Position numbers and translations under genes: made by a program. The notes beneath the pieces were generated by a model. That model made no database searches and was not told where the DNA came from. It was given only the letters and a program-made list of their open reading frames with translations. DNA of 37,183 bases from an uncultured Candidatus Saccharibacteria bacterium (GTDB lineage Bacteria > Patescibacteriota > Minisyncoccia > UBA6257): positions 1-37,183 of the forward strand of contig CAYTXM010000002.1 of assembly GCA_964441595.1 (NCBI GenBank), given 5' to 3'. Numbering within the stretch: position 1 is the stretch's first letter; the number at the start of each line of letters is the position of its first letter. This document shows positions 6,039 through 14,457 of the stretch, in pieces.

Positions 6039-8150
6039 TTATATTTTAAAAGTGGAACGTTCTCCAAATTCTTCTTGTTTTCCTTTATGCCATTGCTGTA
6101 CAGGGCGTAAATATCCGACAATTCTGGAATAAACCTCGCAAGGTTGCTCTATTGTGCATTTTGGACAAGTAAAATGTTCCCCTGCTATATATCCATGAAT
6201 AGGACAAACAGAAAAAGTAGGTGTAAGAGTAAAATATGGCAAACGGAATTTTTCAAAAACAATTTTAATTAAAGATTTTACTGACTCAGAATCAGAAACT
6301 GCTTCACCCAAAAAAGCATGGAAGACTGTGCCACCAGTATATTTTGTCTGTAATTGATCTTGTAATTTTAAAGCTTCAAATAAATCATCTGTATAATTTA
6401 CAGGCAATTGGGTTGAATTGGTATAATATGGTTCTTTTTCCCCAGCAGTAATAATATCAGGATATTTTTTCTTGTCTTGTAACGCTAGGCGATAAGATGT
6501 CCCTTCAGCGGGAGTTGCTTCCAAATTATACAGATTTCCAGTTTCTTGCTGATATTCCACCAATCTATTCCTCATAAAATCCAATATCTCTACAGCAAAC
6601 TTGACTCCTTTTTTATTACCTATATTTATTCCCAAAAAATTAAGAAGCGCTTCATTCATTCCAATTAATCCAATTGTAGAAAAATGATTACCCCAATAAC
6701 AACCTCTCATTTTTTTTACTCCATCTAAATAATGTTGCGCATAAGGATAAAGTCCCTTGTCTGTCCAATCTTCCAAAACTTTTCTTTTTATTTCTAAACT
6801 AACTTTTGCTAAATCCATTAAATCAGCTAATCTTTGAAAAAATTCTTTTTTTGTTTTTGATAAATAAGCCAAGCGAGGCATATTAATGGTTATTACGCCA
6901 ATACTCCCTGTGAGCGGCGCTGCTCCAAATAATCCCCCTCCTCTTTTATAAAGCTCCCTATTATCCAACCTAAGCCGGCAGCACATTGAACGTGCATCAT
7001 CTGGACTCATATCAGAATTAATAAAATTTGAAAAATAGGGGATACCATATTTTGCCGTCATTTTCCAAATTCCATCATAGGCCGGATTATTCCAGTCAAA
7101 ATCTTTTGTAATATTGTACGTAGGAATAGGAAAAGTAAAAACTCTACCACTAGCGTCACCATCCGCATAAACCTCACAAAGCGCTTGATTAAGCATATCC
7201 ATTTCCCCTTGAAATTCTTTGTAAGTTTCTTTTTGAGACTGCCCGCCAATTATTATAGGTAAGTCTTTAAAATGATTTGGAACTTTTAAATCTAATGTAA
7301 TATTTTCGAAAGGCGTCTGGAAACCGACTCTAGTAGGAACATTGCAATTGAAAAGAAATTCCTGCAAAGATTGTTTTACTTCTTTATAAGTTAAATTATC
7401 ATAACGAATAAAAGGTGCTAATAAAGTATCAAAATTAGAAAAAGCCTGAGCGCCAGCCCCTTCTCCTTGTAAAGTATAGAAAAAATTAACTATCTGCCCT
7501 AAGGCTGGACGAAAATGTTTTGCAGGTTTTGATTGGATTTTTCCAAAAACTCCACCAAATCCTTTTAAAAGTAAATCATATAAATCCCAGCCACAACAAT
7601 AAGTGGCTAAAATATCTAAATTATGAATATGGAAATCGCCTGCTTCAGCTGCTTCCCTAACTTCTGGCGGATAAATCCTTCTTAGCCAGTATTTTTTTGC
7701 CACATAAGCGGAAACGTAATGATTTAATCCCTGTAAAGAAAAGGCCATGTTACTATTTTCTTTTACCTCCCAATCTTTCTCTTTCAAATATTCATCCACT
7801 AAACTTATTGCTTCTCCGGTAACTATACGGCTTTCTCTTATTTCCTTACGCTGCTCACGATATAAAATATAAGCTTTCGTTGTCTCTACTAAATTTTCTA
7901 AAATTAAAACTTCTTCAACAACATCTTGAATTTGCTCTACGTTAGGAATTTCTTCTTTTTTGAATCTTCTGTTTAAAATTTTTATCACGCGAGTGCATAA
8001 TTGCCGTGATAAAACTTTACCACCTTCGTCAGTGGCTGTTAAAGCTTTATAAATAACTTCTTCAATCTTCTTTTTATCAAAAAGAACAATATTCTCTGCT
8101 CTTTTCTTCACTTGTTTTATATGATTATGAAATTTTCTTTTTGGGGACAT
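6039..8150 (-). CDS. nrdD: Class III (anaerobic) ribonucleoside-triphosphate reductase
   Basis: 703 aa. N-terminal ATP-cone, C-terminal Zn ribbon (CPIHG...CPKC) and a glycyl-radical motif (SRIVGYLRP). Confidence 0.9.
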   Translation of the reverse strand: MSPKRKFHNHIKQVKKRAENIVLFDKKKIEEVIYKALTATDEGGKVLSRQLCTRVIKILNRRFKKEEIPNVEQIQDVVEEVLILENLVETTKAYILYREQRKEIRESRIVTGEAISLVDEYLKEKDWEVKENSNMAFSLQGLNHYVSAYVAKKYWLRRIYPPEVREAAEAGDFHIHNLDILATYCCGWDLYDLLLKGFGGVFGKIQSKPAKHFRPALGQIVNFFYTLQGEGAGAQAFSNFDTLLAPFIRYDNLTYKEVKQSLQEFLFNCNVPTRVGFQTPFENITLDLKVPNHFKDLPIIIGGQSQKETYKEFQGEMDMLNQALCEVYADGDASGRVFTFPIPTYNITKDFDWNNPAYDGIWKMTAKYGIPYFSNFINSDMSPDDARSMCCRLRLDNRELYKRGGGLFGAAPLTGSIGVITINMPRLAYLSKTKKEFFQRLADLMDLAKVSLEIKRKVLEDWTDKGLYPYAQHYLDGVKKMRGCYWGNHFSTIGLIGMNEALLNFLGINIGNKKGVKFAVEILDFMRNRLVEYQQETGNLYNLEATPAEGTSYRLALQDKKKYPDIITAGEKEPYYTNSTQLPVNYTDDLFEALKLQDQLQTKYTGGTVFHAFLGEAVSDSESVKSLIKIVFEKFRLPYFTLTPTFSVCPIHGYIAGEHFTCPKCTIEQPCEVYSRIVGYLRPVQQWHKGKQEEFGERSTFKI

Positions 8151-8193
8151 ATTATTAAAATTTAGAATGAAAAAATAAAAGTTAAACTGAGAA

Positions 8194-8215
8194 ATTCTTC
8201 GCTTTCGCTCAGAAT
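8194..8215 (-). repeat. Tandem-GA mini-hairpin motif, copy 1
   Basis: Minus sense reads ATTCT-GA-GCGAAAGC-GA-AGAAT: 5-bp arms, tandem G.A/A.G, and a GC/GC stem capped by GAAA. Starts 18 nt after the ftsZ stop. Confidence 0.6.
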
Positions 8216-8233
8216 AACAAAATTATTATTTAA

Positions 8234-9502
8234 TTATTTTGATTCTTCTTCGTCGTCTTTTTTGTTTTTTCTTCGGAGAAAAGATGGAATTTCAAATTCT
8301 TTTGCTTCTTTATCTTTTTCTTTCTCTTCTTTTTCTTCGTCGTTCACAGGAATTTTTATTTCTAATGGCAAAACGCGACTAGTTTCTCTAAATTCTTCTC
8401 CAAAACCTCCAGCTACAACCGTGACTTTCATTTCTCCTTTTCTAAGATCACTATCAAAACTGGCGCCGAAAACCACTTGCGCGTCTTTTGCTATGGATTC
8501 AGTAATAATCCGGGCTGCGTCATGAATTTCTACTAATGACATATCTCTCCCACCAGCGACATTAAACAAAACTCGTCTCGCTCCGTCTATGGCAATATCC
8601 AATAAAGGCGAGGAAATAGCTAATTGGGCAGCTTGCTTTGCCCGTTCCGGACCTTTTGATTTTCCTATTCCCAATAAAGTGCTCCCCGCTTCAGTTAAAA
8701 TCGTTCTTAAATTCGCAAAATCTAGATTGATTAAACCAGGATAAGCAATTAAATTAACCATACCTTCCACTCCTTGTTTTAAAACATCGTCAACCTTGAT
8801 AAAAGCATCAAGAATTGGCGTTTTTTCATCAATAATATTAAAAATTCTATCATTAGGAATTGTTACTAAAGCATCCACTTCATTGAAAAGTTTACTCCAT
8901 CCATCTTCAGCAATTTCTAATCTTCTTTCCCCCTCAAAAACAAATGGTCTTGTTACTACAGCTATGACCAAAGCTCCTGATTGTTTTGCCAAATTTGCAA
9001 CAATAGGCGAAGCGCCAGTACCAGTTCCTCCTCCCAAACCGCATGTAAGAAAAACCATATCAGCGCCTTGAACCACTTGATTTATTTCCTCAATATTTTC
9101 CTCTGCAGCTTCTCTTCCTCTTGTTGGGTCCATTCCTGCTCCTAATCCGCGGCAAACATCCTTTCCAATCTGTAATTTAATATCTGCCTTTGTGTTGTGT
9201 AAACCCTGAATATCAGTATTAATGGTAATAAATTCCACTTTATCAACTTTTTTCTCTTTCATCCTTGTTACTACATTTCCACCTGCTCCTCCTACACCAA
9301 TGATTTTTACACTAATATTTTTAGTTAAAAAATTCTTTTTCTCTTCTTTTTTCTTTGCTCTTTTCTTTTTCGGCTTAATCCCTTGCTTTGGTTTATGAAC
9401 CAACTTTTGTTTTGGTTTTTGCTTTAGTTTTTGTCTTGGTCCTTTCTTTAATAATTTCTTAGATAGCTTTCTATTTTGTTTTTTTGTTTTTTGTTTTTTC
9501 AT
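8234..9502 (-). CDS. ftsZ: Cell division GTPase FtsZ with a roughly 62-aa polybasic N-terminal extension
   Basis: GVGGAGGN and GLGGGTGTGASP tubulin signatures, plus the C-terminal FtsA-binding peptide EIPSFLRR. I prefer the ATG at 9502 (MKKQKTKK...) over the track's TTG at 9538. Confidence 0.9.
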   Translation of the reverse strand: MKKQKTKKQNRKLSKKLLKKGPRQKLKQKPKQKLVHKPKQGIKPKKKRAKKKEEKKNFLTKNISVKIIGVGGAGGNVVTRMKEKKVDKVEFITINTDIQGLHNTKADIKLQIGKDVCRGLGAGMDPTRGREAAEENIEEINQVVQGADMVFLTCGLGGGTGTGASPIVANLAKQSGALVIAVVTRPFVFEGERRLEIAEDGWSKLFNEVDALVTIPNDRIFNIIDEKTPILDAFIKVDDVLKQGVEGMVNLIAYPGLINLDFANLRTILTEAGSTLLGIGKSKGPERAKQAAQLAISSPLLDIAIDGARRVLFNVAGGRDMSLVEIHDAARIITESIAKDAQVVFGASFDSDLRKGEMKVTVVAGGFGEEFRETSRVLPLEIKIPVNDEEKEEKEKDKEAKEFEIPSFLRRKNKKDDEEESK

Positions 9503-9554
9503 AAAATTAAATAATAATGGCAGAGAAATAGAAGACAAGGAAGGTGTTGTTGAG

Positions 9555-9576
9555 ATCCTTCGCTATTGCTCAGGAT
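9555..9576 (-). repeat. Tandem-GA mini-hairpin motif, copy 2
   Basis: Minus sense reads ATCCT-GA-GCAATAGC-GA-AGGAT. It has the same 22-nt architecture as copy 1. The arm change T>C at position 3 is matched by A>G at position 20. Confidence 0.6.
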
Positions 9577-9593
9577 GACAGCTATGCTGTCAT
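9577..9593 (-). other. Perfect 7-bp hairpin immediately after the ftsA stop
   Basis: TGACAGC-ATA-GCTGTCA starts 1 nt after the ftsA TAA. No U-tract follows it, so I do not call it an intrinsic terminator. Confidence 0.5.
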
Positions 9594-9594
9594 T

Positions 9595-10797
9595 TTAAAG
9601 TTTTAAAAAATCTTTAATCCTTTTAATAACCTTGTTCTCTACAGGAAAGGAACCATTTTCTTCTTGAAATTTCAAATTCAGTAATCCCAACACAGGAAGA
9701 AAAGATAAATCAGGATTTTCTCTGTACCATTCAATGTCTGGATTAGCCAATCTTACAGGGAGATTGAATTTTTCTTTTGCTAACTCAACAATAAACGGCA
9801 TGTTGGCCCCACCACCATAAAGAACAACGCCGCCAGGAAGTTTTCCAAAGCGATCGATTTCTTTTAATCTTTTTATTACTAAATCAAAAATTTCCGATAA
9901 ACGAGCTTCAATAATTTCCGCTAAAAATCTTTTACTCACTTTTTCACTAGATTCAGTTTCTTCCAGATAAACATTCAGGTCTATATTCTCATTCTTACCT
10001 ATTTTCTTTTTCATTGCCACGCCTTCGTTTACTTTTATTTTTTCAGCAATATCAACATAAGTTTTTAGACCTACTGCAATATCATTTGTAATATTATCTC
10101 CTCCCATGGGAAATACCTGTAAATCTAAAATTTCATCATTTTCATAAATACAAGCGCTAGTAGTTCCAGCGCCTAAGTCTAAAGCTATTGCTCCTAAATC
10201 TTTATCCTGATCAGTAAGAACAATTTCCGCTCCCGCAAATGGTAAAATAATTTTTGAATCAAGTCTTAAACCAATTATTTCTCCTAAACGATTAATATAG
10301 CTAATATTAGGACTAAAAGCGTCAATTAAAAGGCATTCTGTCTCAATTTTTAATCCTTTCATCCCTACTGGATCTCTTACTTTTGCCACTCCGTCAACAA
10401 TATAACTTCTAGAAACAGTTTGAATTAATGTCCTATTAGATGGAAGAGCAAAAGCTTGAGCAGCTTTATCTGCCCTTTCCTTGTCTTCATTAGTAATTTC
10501 CTGATCTGGCCGCGAAACTACGGACACTCCTTTAGAGAGACTGGTTTTTATATTAGGGCCTCCTATACCTATAATAGATTCTTTAAAATGAACATTTTTT
10601 AACATTCCTTCAATTTCTGCTATCAAATTATCTAATTCTTCGGCTATTCCTTCTATGTCCACAATTTCTCCTTTTTTAATACCGCGGGATTTTCTATGAG
10701 CAGGCAAAACAACACTCCAATTGCCAGAGTCTTCTTTTCCAACTAAAGCTTTAATATTAGAAGTGCCTAAATCTATTGCTAAAATATGAGAACGCAT
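9595..10797 (-). CDS. ftsA: Cell division protein FtsA (actin-like ATPase)
   Basis: 400 aa. AIDLGTSNIKALVG phosphate-1 motif and DLGAGTTS phosphate-2 motif. Sits upstream of ftsZ. Confidence 0.9.
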   Translation of the reverse strand: MRSHILAIDLGTSNIKALVGKEDSGNWSVVLPAHRKSRGIKKGEIVDIEGIAEELDNLIAEIEGMLKNVHFKESIIGIGGPNIKTSLSKGVSVVSRPDQEITNEDKERADKAAQAFALPSNRTLIQTVSRSYIVDGVAKVRDPVGMKGLKIETECLLIDAFSPNISYINRLGEIIGLRLDSKIILPFAGAEIVLTDQDKDLGAIALDLGAGTTSACIYENDEILDLQVFPMGGDNITNDIAVGLKTYVDIAEKIKVNEGVAMKKKIGKNENIDLNVYLEETESSEKVSKRFLAEIIEARLSEIFDLVIKRLKEIDRFGKLPGGVVLYGGGANMPFIVELAKEKFNLPVRLANPDIEWYRENPDLSFLPVLGLLNLKFQEENGSFPVENKVIKRIKDFLKL

Positions 10798-10845
10798 ATT
10801 TGTTGTTTGCCAATTATTAATTATTCGTTAATTGCTCGTAAAATT

Positions 10846-11301
10846 TTATTTTTGAGTAAAGTGAGAAAACAAAATTCTGGGAACCAGAGTGAGCAAAATT
10901 TTATTTTCTAAATGTTCCATTTTTAACCTATCTTTCTTTTTATCATGAGTATATCCATAAAGATGCAATAAGCTATGAATTACTAATTTCTGATAAAAAG
11001 AATCAAGGGATAGATTAAATCTTTTAACTTGTTTTTTTATTTCTTCAGGACAAAGAAAAATATCCCCAAGCATTTCCTCGTCAAAAGAGAAAGAAAGAAC
11101 AGTAGTCTCTTTATTTTTTCCTCGCCAATAATTATTTAATCGGCGAATACTTTGAGAATCAACAAAAATTAAGGATAGAGCTATCTTTCTTCTTTCTTTT
11201 AAAACAATCAAGGATTTCTCAATAATGCCGCAAAAGAATCTTTTAGAAGGAATATTTTGCTTATCTAAATTATATATTAAAACTTCAGGTTTGAAAACCA
11301 T
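10846..11301 (-). CDS. ybeY: rRNA maturation endoribonuclease YbeY
   Basis: 151 aa with HSLLHLYGYTHD, the HxxxHxxGxxH zinc motif of the UPF0054/YbeY family. Confidence 0.85.
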   Translation of the reverse strand: MVFKPEVLIYNLDKQNIPSKRFFCGIIEKSLIVLKERRKIALSLIFVDSQSIRRLNNYWRGKNKETTVLSFSFDEEMLGDIFLCPEEIKKQVKRFNLSLDSFYQKLVIHSLLHLYGYTHDKKKDRLKMEHLENKILLTLVPRILFSHFTQK

Positions 11302-11310
11302 TGTTTTATA

Positions 11311-11526
11311 TTAAAGAATCCCCTTTTTTCTTTTAATAGCTACTTCTTTAAGAACTTTTATTTTATGAAGAGCTGATAATTTTTCACTTCTTTTAGTCGG
11401 CTTGGAATGATAATACTTCCTTTTTCGGGCCTCCAAAAGCACACCGCTTCTTTTTATAACTTTAAACGCTCGGCCGAGAAATGAATTCAGATTTTCTCCT
11501 TGCCTCCTTTTTACTGTAATAGGCAT
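11311..11526 (-). CDS. rpsU: 30S ribosomal protein S21
   Basis: 71 aa, very basic, with an L..FK.....G.L.E.R.R..Y.KP...R pattern typical of S21. Confidence 0.8.
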   Translation of the reverse strand: MPITVKRRQGENLNSFLGRAFKVIKRSGVLLEARKRKYYHSKPTKRSEKLSALHKIKVLKEVAIKRKKGIL

Positions 11527-11540
11527 ATCTTAAATAATTT

Positions 11541-12857
11541 TTAATTTTTAATTTTTTTGTTTTTTGTTTTTTGTTTTTTAAGTCGCTTCTTAACTTCACT
11601 GGTTATTTTTTCCAAAGGGATTAATTCTTGAAGGCCTGAATCCATATCTTTCAAAATTATCATACCATTTAAAACCTCTTCCTGTCCAAGTATTAGAACA
11701 TAATCCACATTCAATTTATTGGCAGCTGTTAATTGGGCTCTTAAACTTTCTTTTCCTAAACTTTCTCCAAGAAAAATATTTTCTTTGCGAAATTGCTCCA
11801 AAAGCTTAAAAGATTTCCTCTTTGCAGCATCCCCGATTTGCACCAAAAACACTTTTGGTTTTGATACAACTAGTTCTTTGCCTTTTTTTATTAATTCGTT
11901 CATTAATCTCTCGACGCCAAAAGCAACACCAACAGCAGGCCTATGCGCTCCGCCTAAAGATTCTACCAACTTATCATATCTTCCGCCACCAGCTAAGGCA
12001 ATGCTTTTTGTTTCGCTGCTAAGAGAAAATTCAAAAACAGTTCTTGTGTAATAATCCAATCCTCGAACTAAAGTTTTGTCCAGTGTATAAGAAATGCCTA
12101 AATAATCTAATAATTCTAAAAGGTCTTTAAAATGGTTATGACATTCTTGGCAAAGATAATCCAAAGAAGTTGGAGCGCCATTTTTTATAGATAAGCATTT
12201 CTCATTTTTACAATCTAAGACTCTCAAAGGATTTTCTTTTATGCGTCTGCGGCAATCAGAACAAATTTGTTCGATATGTTGCTTATAATATTTTTTTAAT
12301 TCTTTTATATAAACATGTCGGCATTCAGAGCAACCAATACTATTAAGAGACAAACAAATATCCTTTTGTTTAAATCCCAAACTTTCCAAAAAAACTTTTG
12401 AGGCAATAATTATTTCTGCATCAACAGCTGGAGAACTCTCCCCAATTATTTCCGCTCCTAATTGATAAAACTGGCGGTAACGACCAGATTGCGGCTTTTC
12501 ATGACGAAAGAAAGGACCAAAATAATAAAGCTTAACTGGCTGAGGTAAATTAGACATACCTTTTTCTATATATGCTCTTACTACTGAAGCTGTTCCTTCT
12601 GGACGAAGAGTCAATAATTCCTTATTTTCTTTGTTTTTCAGAATATACATCTCCTTATCTATAATATCTGTCTTTTCCCCTATTCCTTTAATAAATAGCC
12701 CTGCCTTTTCTAATATAGGGGTCTCTATTCTTTGAAAATTATAAAACCCAAAAACCTTTTTAGCATTAGATAAAATATAATCGTAATAAAGCCAATCTCT
12801 TGCTGAAATATCTTTCATTCCACGGAGCGTCTGAAAAGATTTTTTCTTATAAACCAT
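11541..12857 (-). CDS. hisS: Histidyl-tRNA synthetase
   Basis: 438 aa. RGMKD start, LRPEGT, class II motif 2 (FRHEKPQSGRYRQFYQ), the Cys-rich insertion (CSEC...CSDC...C..C...CQEC), GGGRYD, and a C-terminal anticodon-binding domain. Ends in a Lys-rich tail. Confidence 0.9.
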   Translation of the reverse strand: MVYKKKSFQTLRGMKDISARDWLYYDYILSNAKKVFGFYNFQRIETPILEKAGLFIKGIGEKTDIIDKEMYILKNKENKELLTLRPEGTASVVRAYIEKGMSNLPQPVKLYYFGPFFRHEKPQSGRYRQFYQLGAEIIGESSPAVDAEIIIASKVFLESLGFKQKDICLSLNSIGCSECRHVYIKELKKYYKQHIEQICSDCRRRIKENPLRVLDCKNEKCLSIKNGAPTSLDYLCQECHNHFKDLLELLDYLGISYTLDKTLVRGLDYYTRTVFEFSLSSETKSIALAGGGRYDKLVESLGGAHRPAVGVAFGVERLMNELIKKGKELVVSKPKVFLVQIGDAAKRKSFKLLEQFRKENIFLGESLGKESLRAQLTAANKLNVDYVLILGQEEVLNGMIILKDMDSGLQELIPLEKITSEVKKRLKKQKTKNKKIKN

Positions 12858-13407
12858 AAGCCATTATTCTTTGTGAAGGCCAAAGCCGAAGCCAAACCCG
12901 ACCAACTATTAATTCTTTATCTAATGGCCCCCAATTACGTGAATCATAAGAAGCTAAACGATTATCGCCTAAAACAAAAAGTTCGTTTTCTCCAAGAGTT
13001 AATTGAATATTACCAGAGGTGTTTGAGGTTTCAGGCAAAAAGTTTTCTTCCAAAGAAATCTGAGTACCAGAAGTATCAAGCACAGCTATATTACTATCTT
13101 CTATCATTATTGTTTCTGAAGGCAACCCTATAACCCTTTTAATATAATATTGATTCGGATGATTAGGGGCTTTAAAAACTATAACTTCATATCTTGCTGG
13201 TTGACGAAAACGATAAGACAATTCATCGATAATAAGGTAATCTTGAGTGTAGAAATTTGGCTCCATACTGCTACCATGAACTATAAAAGGTTGAATTAAA
13301 AAATATCTTATAGGAGCGACTATAAGAATAGCGATAAAAATCATTTCTATATTTTCTCGAACAATTTTCTTCCACATATTGATAAAAACTCTTGCTGATA
13401 ATACCAT
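12847..13407 (-). CDS. lepB: Signal peptidase I
   Basis: GSSMEPN (catalytic Ser box), YIKRVIGLPSE (Lys box) and GDNRLASYDSR. The true start may be the internal Met at 13377. Confidence 0.85.
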   Translation of the reverse strand: MVLSARVFINMWKKIVRENIEMIFIAILIVAPIRYFLIQPFIVHGSSMEPNFYTQDYLIIDELSYRFRQPARYEVIVFKAPNHPNQYYIKRVIGLPSETIMIEDSNIAVLDTSGTQISLEENFLPETSNTSGNIQLTLGENELFVLGDNRLASYDSRNWGPLDKELIVGRVWLRLWPSQRIMAYGL

Positions 13408-13428
13408 AATTGAACCATCAAAGCAAAT

Positions 13429-14457
13429 ATGTTAGATTATAGAAGCATGGTATTAATTAACAAAAAAATTATTACATTTGGATTAATTATTGGCGGAATT
13501 ATATTTCTGTTCTTTTTATTTTATGGATTAAACGATTCAAAAAAATACTCCTTTTCTTATAACAATGATTTAAATACATCCTCAAAAGAAAATTTTCAAA
13601 AAGCAGAAAATTCACCAATTAATATCCTGTTTTTAGGAATCGTAGGGGAAGGATCTCGAGGCGCTTTTCTTACTGATACTATTTTTGTCACCAGTATTCT
13701 TCCTTCAAAAAAACAAATTTCGATGATTTCCATGCCACGGGACCTATGGGTAAAAATTCCAAACGGTTCTACTGGGGTTAAAATTAATTCTCTTTATGAA
13801 TTAGAAAATAAAGGAAAGAGATTCTCAGAAGCAACTTCTTATGGATTAATAAAAGAAAAAGTAGAAAATATCACAGGATTACCTATGGACTATATTGTTA
13901 TTCTTGATTTAAAAGGGTTTGAAAAATTAATTGATGCTTTAGGAGGAATAGATATTTGGCTAGAAAAAGATATAATAGATCCAAGCTTGGTAAACCCTCA
14001 TAACCCTTCGGAAATTTTTCACCTTTCTGCTGGCTGGCGCCATTTAGATGGAGCGTTAATCATAAAATTTATCCGAACACGTTATGCCCCTAACGGAGAT
14101 TTCTATAGAATTGAACATCAACAACAAATAATTGCCGCGTTAAAAGATAAACTTACTAAATTAGCCGATGTTTGGAATTTGATTAGTTGGTTAAAAATTT
14201 GGCAATCTTTAAACGGACATGTTATTACTAATCTGGATTTTAATATCATATGGCAGATATTTCCTATCGTAAGAAATATATCATCCAGTGAAATCAAATA
14301 TCTTAGCATAACAAACAAACCGCCTGATGAATTGTTAATCACCTCTTCTATATATAACGATTGGGCAAAAAAAAATATATATATTCTAATACCAAAAAAA
14401 GGATTTGAAAATTATGAAGAAATAACTAATTATATTAAAGAGAAAATCTATGAATAA
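13429..14457 (+). CDS. LytR-CpsA-Psr (LCP) family cell-envelope phosphotransferase
   Basis: 342 aa. N-terminal TM anchor, then NILFLGI...R.D.I.V... ISMPRDLWVKIP and NSLY... typical of the LCP domain. Confidence 0.75.
   Translation: MLDYRSMVLINKKIITFGLIIGGIIFLFFLFYGLNDSKKYSFSYNNDLNTSSKENFQKAENSPINILFLGIVGEGSRGAFLTDTIFVTSILPSKKQISMISMPRDLWVKIPNGSTGVKINSLYELENKGKRFSEATSYGLIKEKVENITGLPMDYIVILDLKGFEKLIDALGGIDIWLEKDIIDPSLVNPHNPSEIFHLSAGWRHLDGALIIKFIRTRYAPNGDFYRIEHQQQIIAALKDKLTKLADVWNLISWLKIWQSLNGHVITNLDFNIIWQIFPIVRNISSSEIKYLSITNKPPDELLITSSIYNDWAKKNIYILIPKKGFENYEEITNYIKEKIYE

Noticed and set aside
7058-7249. 63-aa same-strand alternative-frame ORF inside nrdD, and a 60-aa ORF (15000-15182) inside the membrane protein gene
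   Set aside because: Both are embedded out of frame in longer ORFs. There is no independent signal and no motif. They are most likely chance open frames.
8151-8233. NrdR boxes or a riboswitch upstream of nrdD
   Set aside because: There is no pair of 16-bp ACACNATATATNGTGT-like palindromes. The only structured element is the 22-nt tandem-GA hairpin, which also occurs at unrelated loci.
8262-9071. Plus-strand ORFs of 87 and 91 aa antisense to ftsZ. Similar antisense ORFs occur in hisS (11719-12051, 11822-12022), lepB (12873-13133), the LCP gene (14118-14342), clpB (16283-16672, 16769-17062), rpoC (19433-19720, 22250-22634), rpoB (22907-23101), smc (29170-29568), rnc (29828-30061), ileS (31587-31862) and the Clp paralog (36193-36474).
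   Set aside because: All sit opposite strongly supported conserved genes. They have Ser/Phe/Leu-rich low-complexity translations typical of the antisense frame of Lys/Glu-rich AT-rich genes, and they carry no recognisable motifs.
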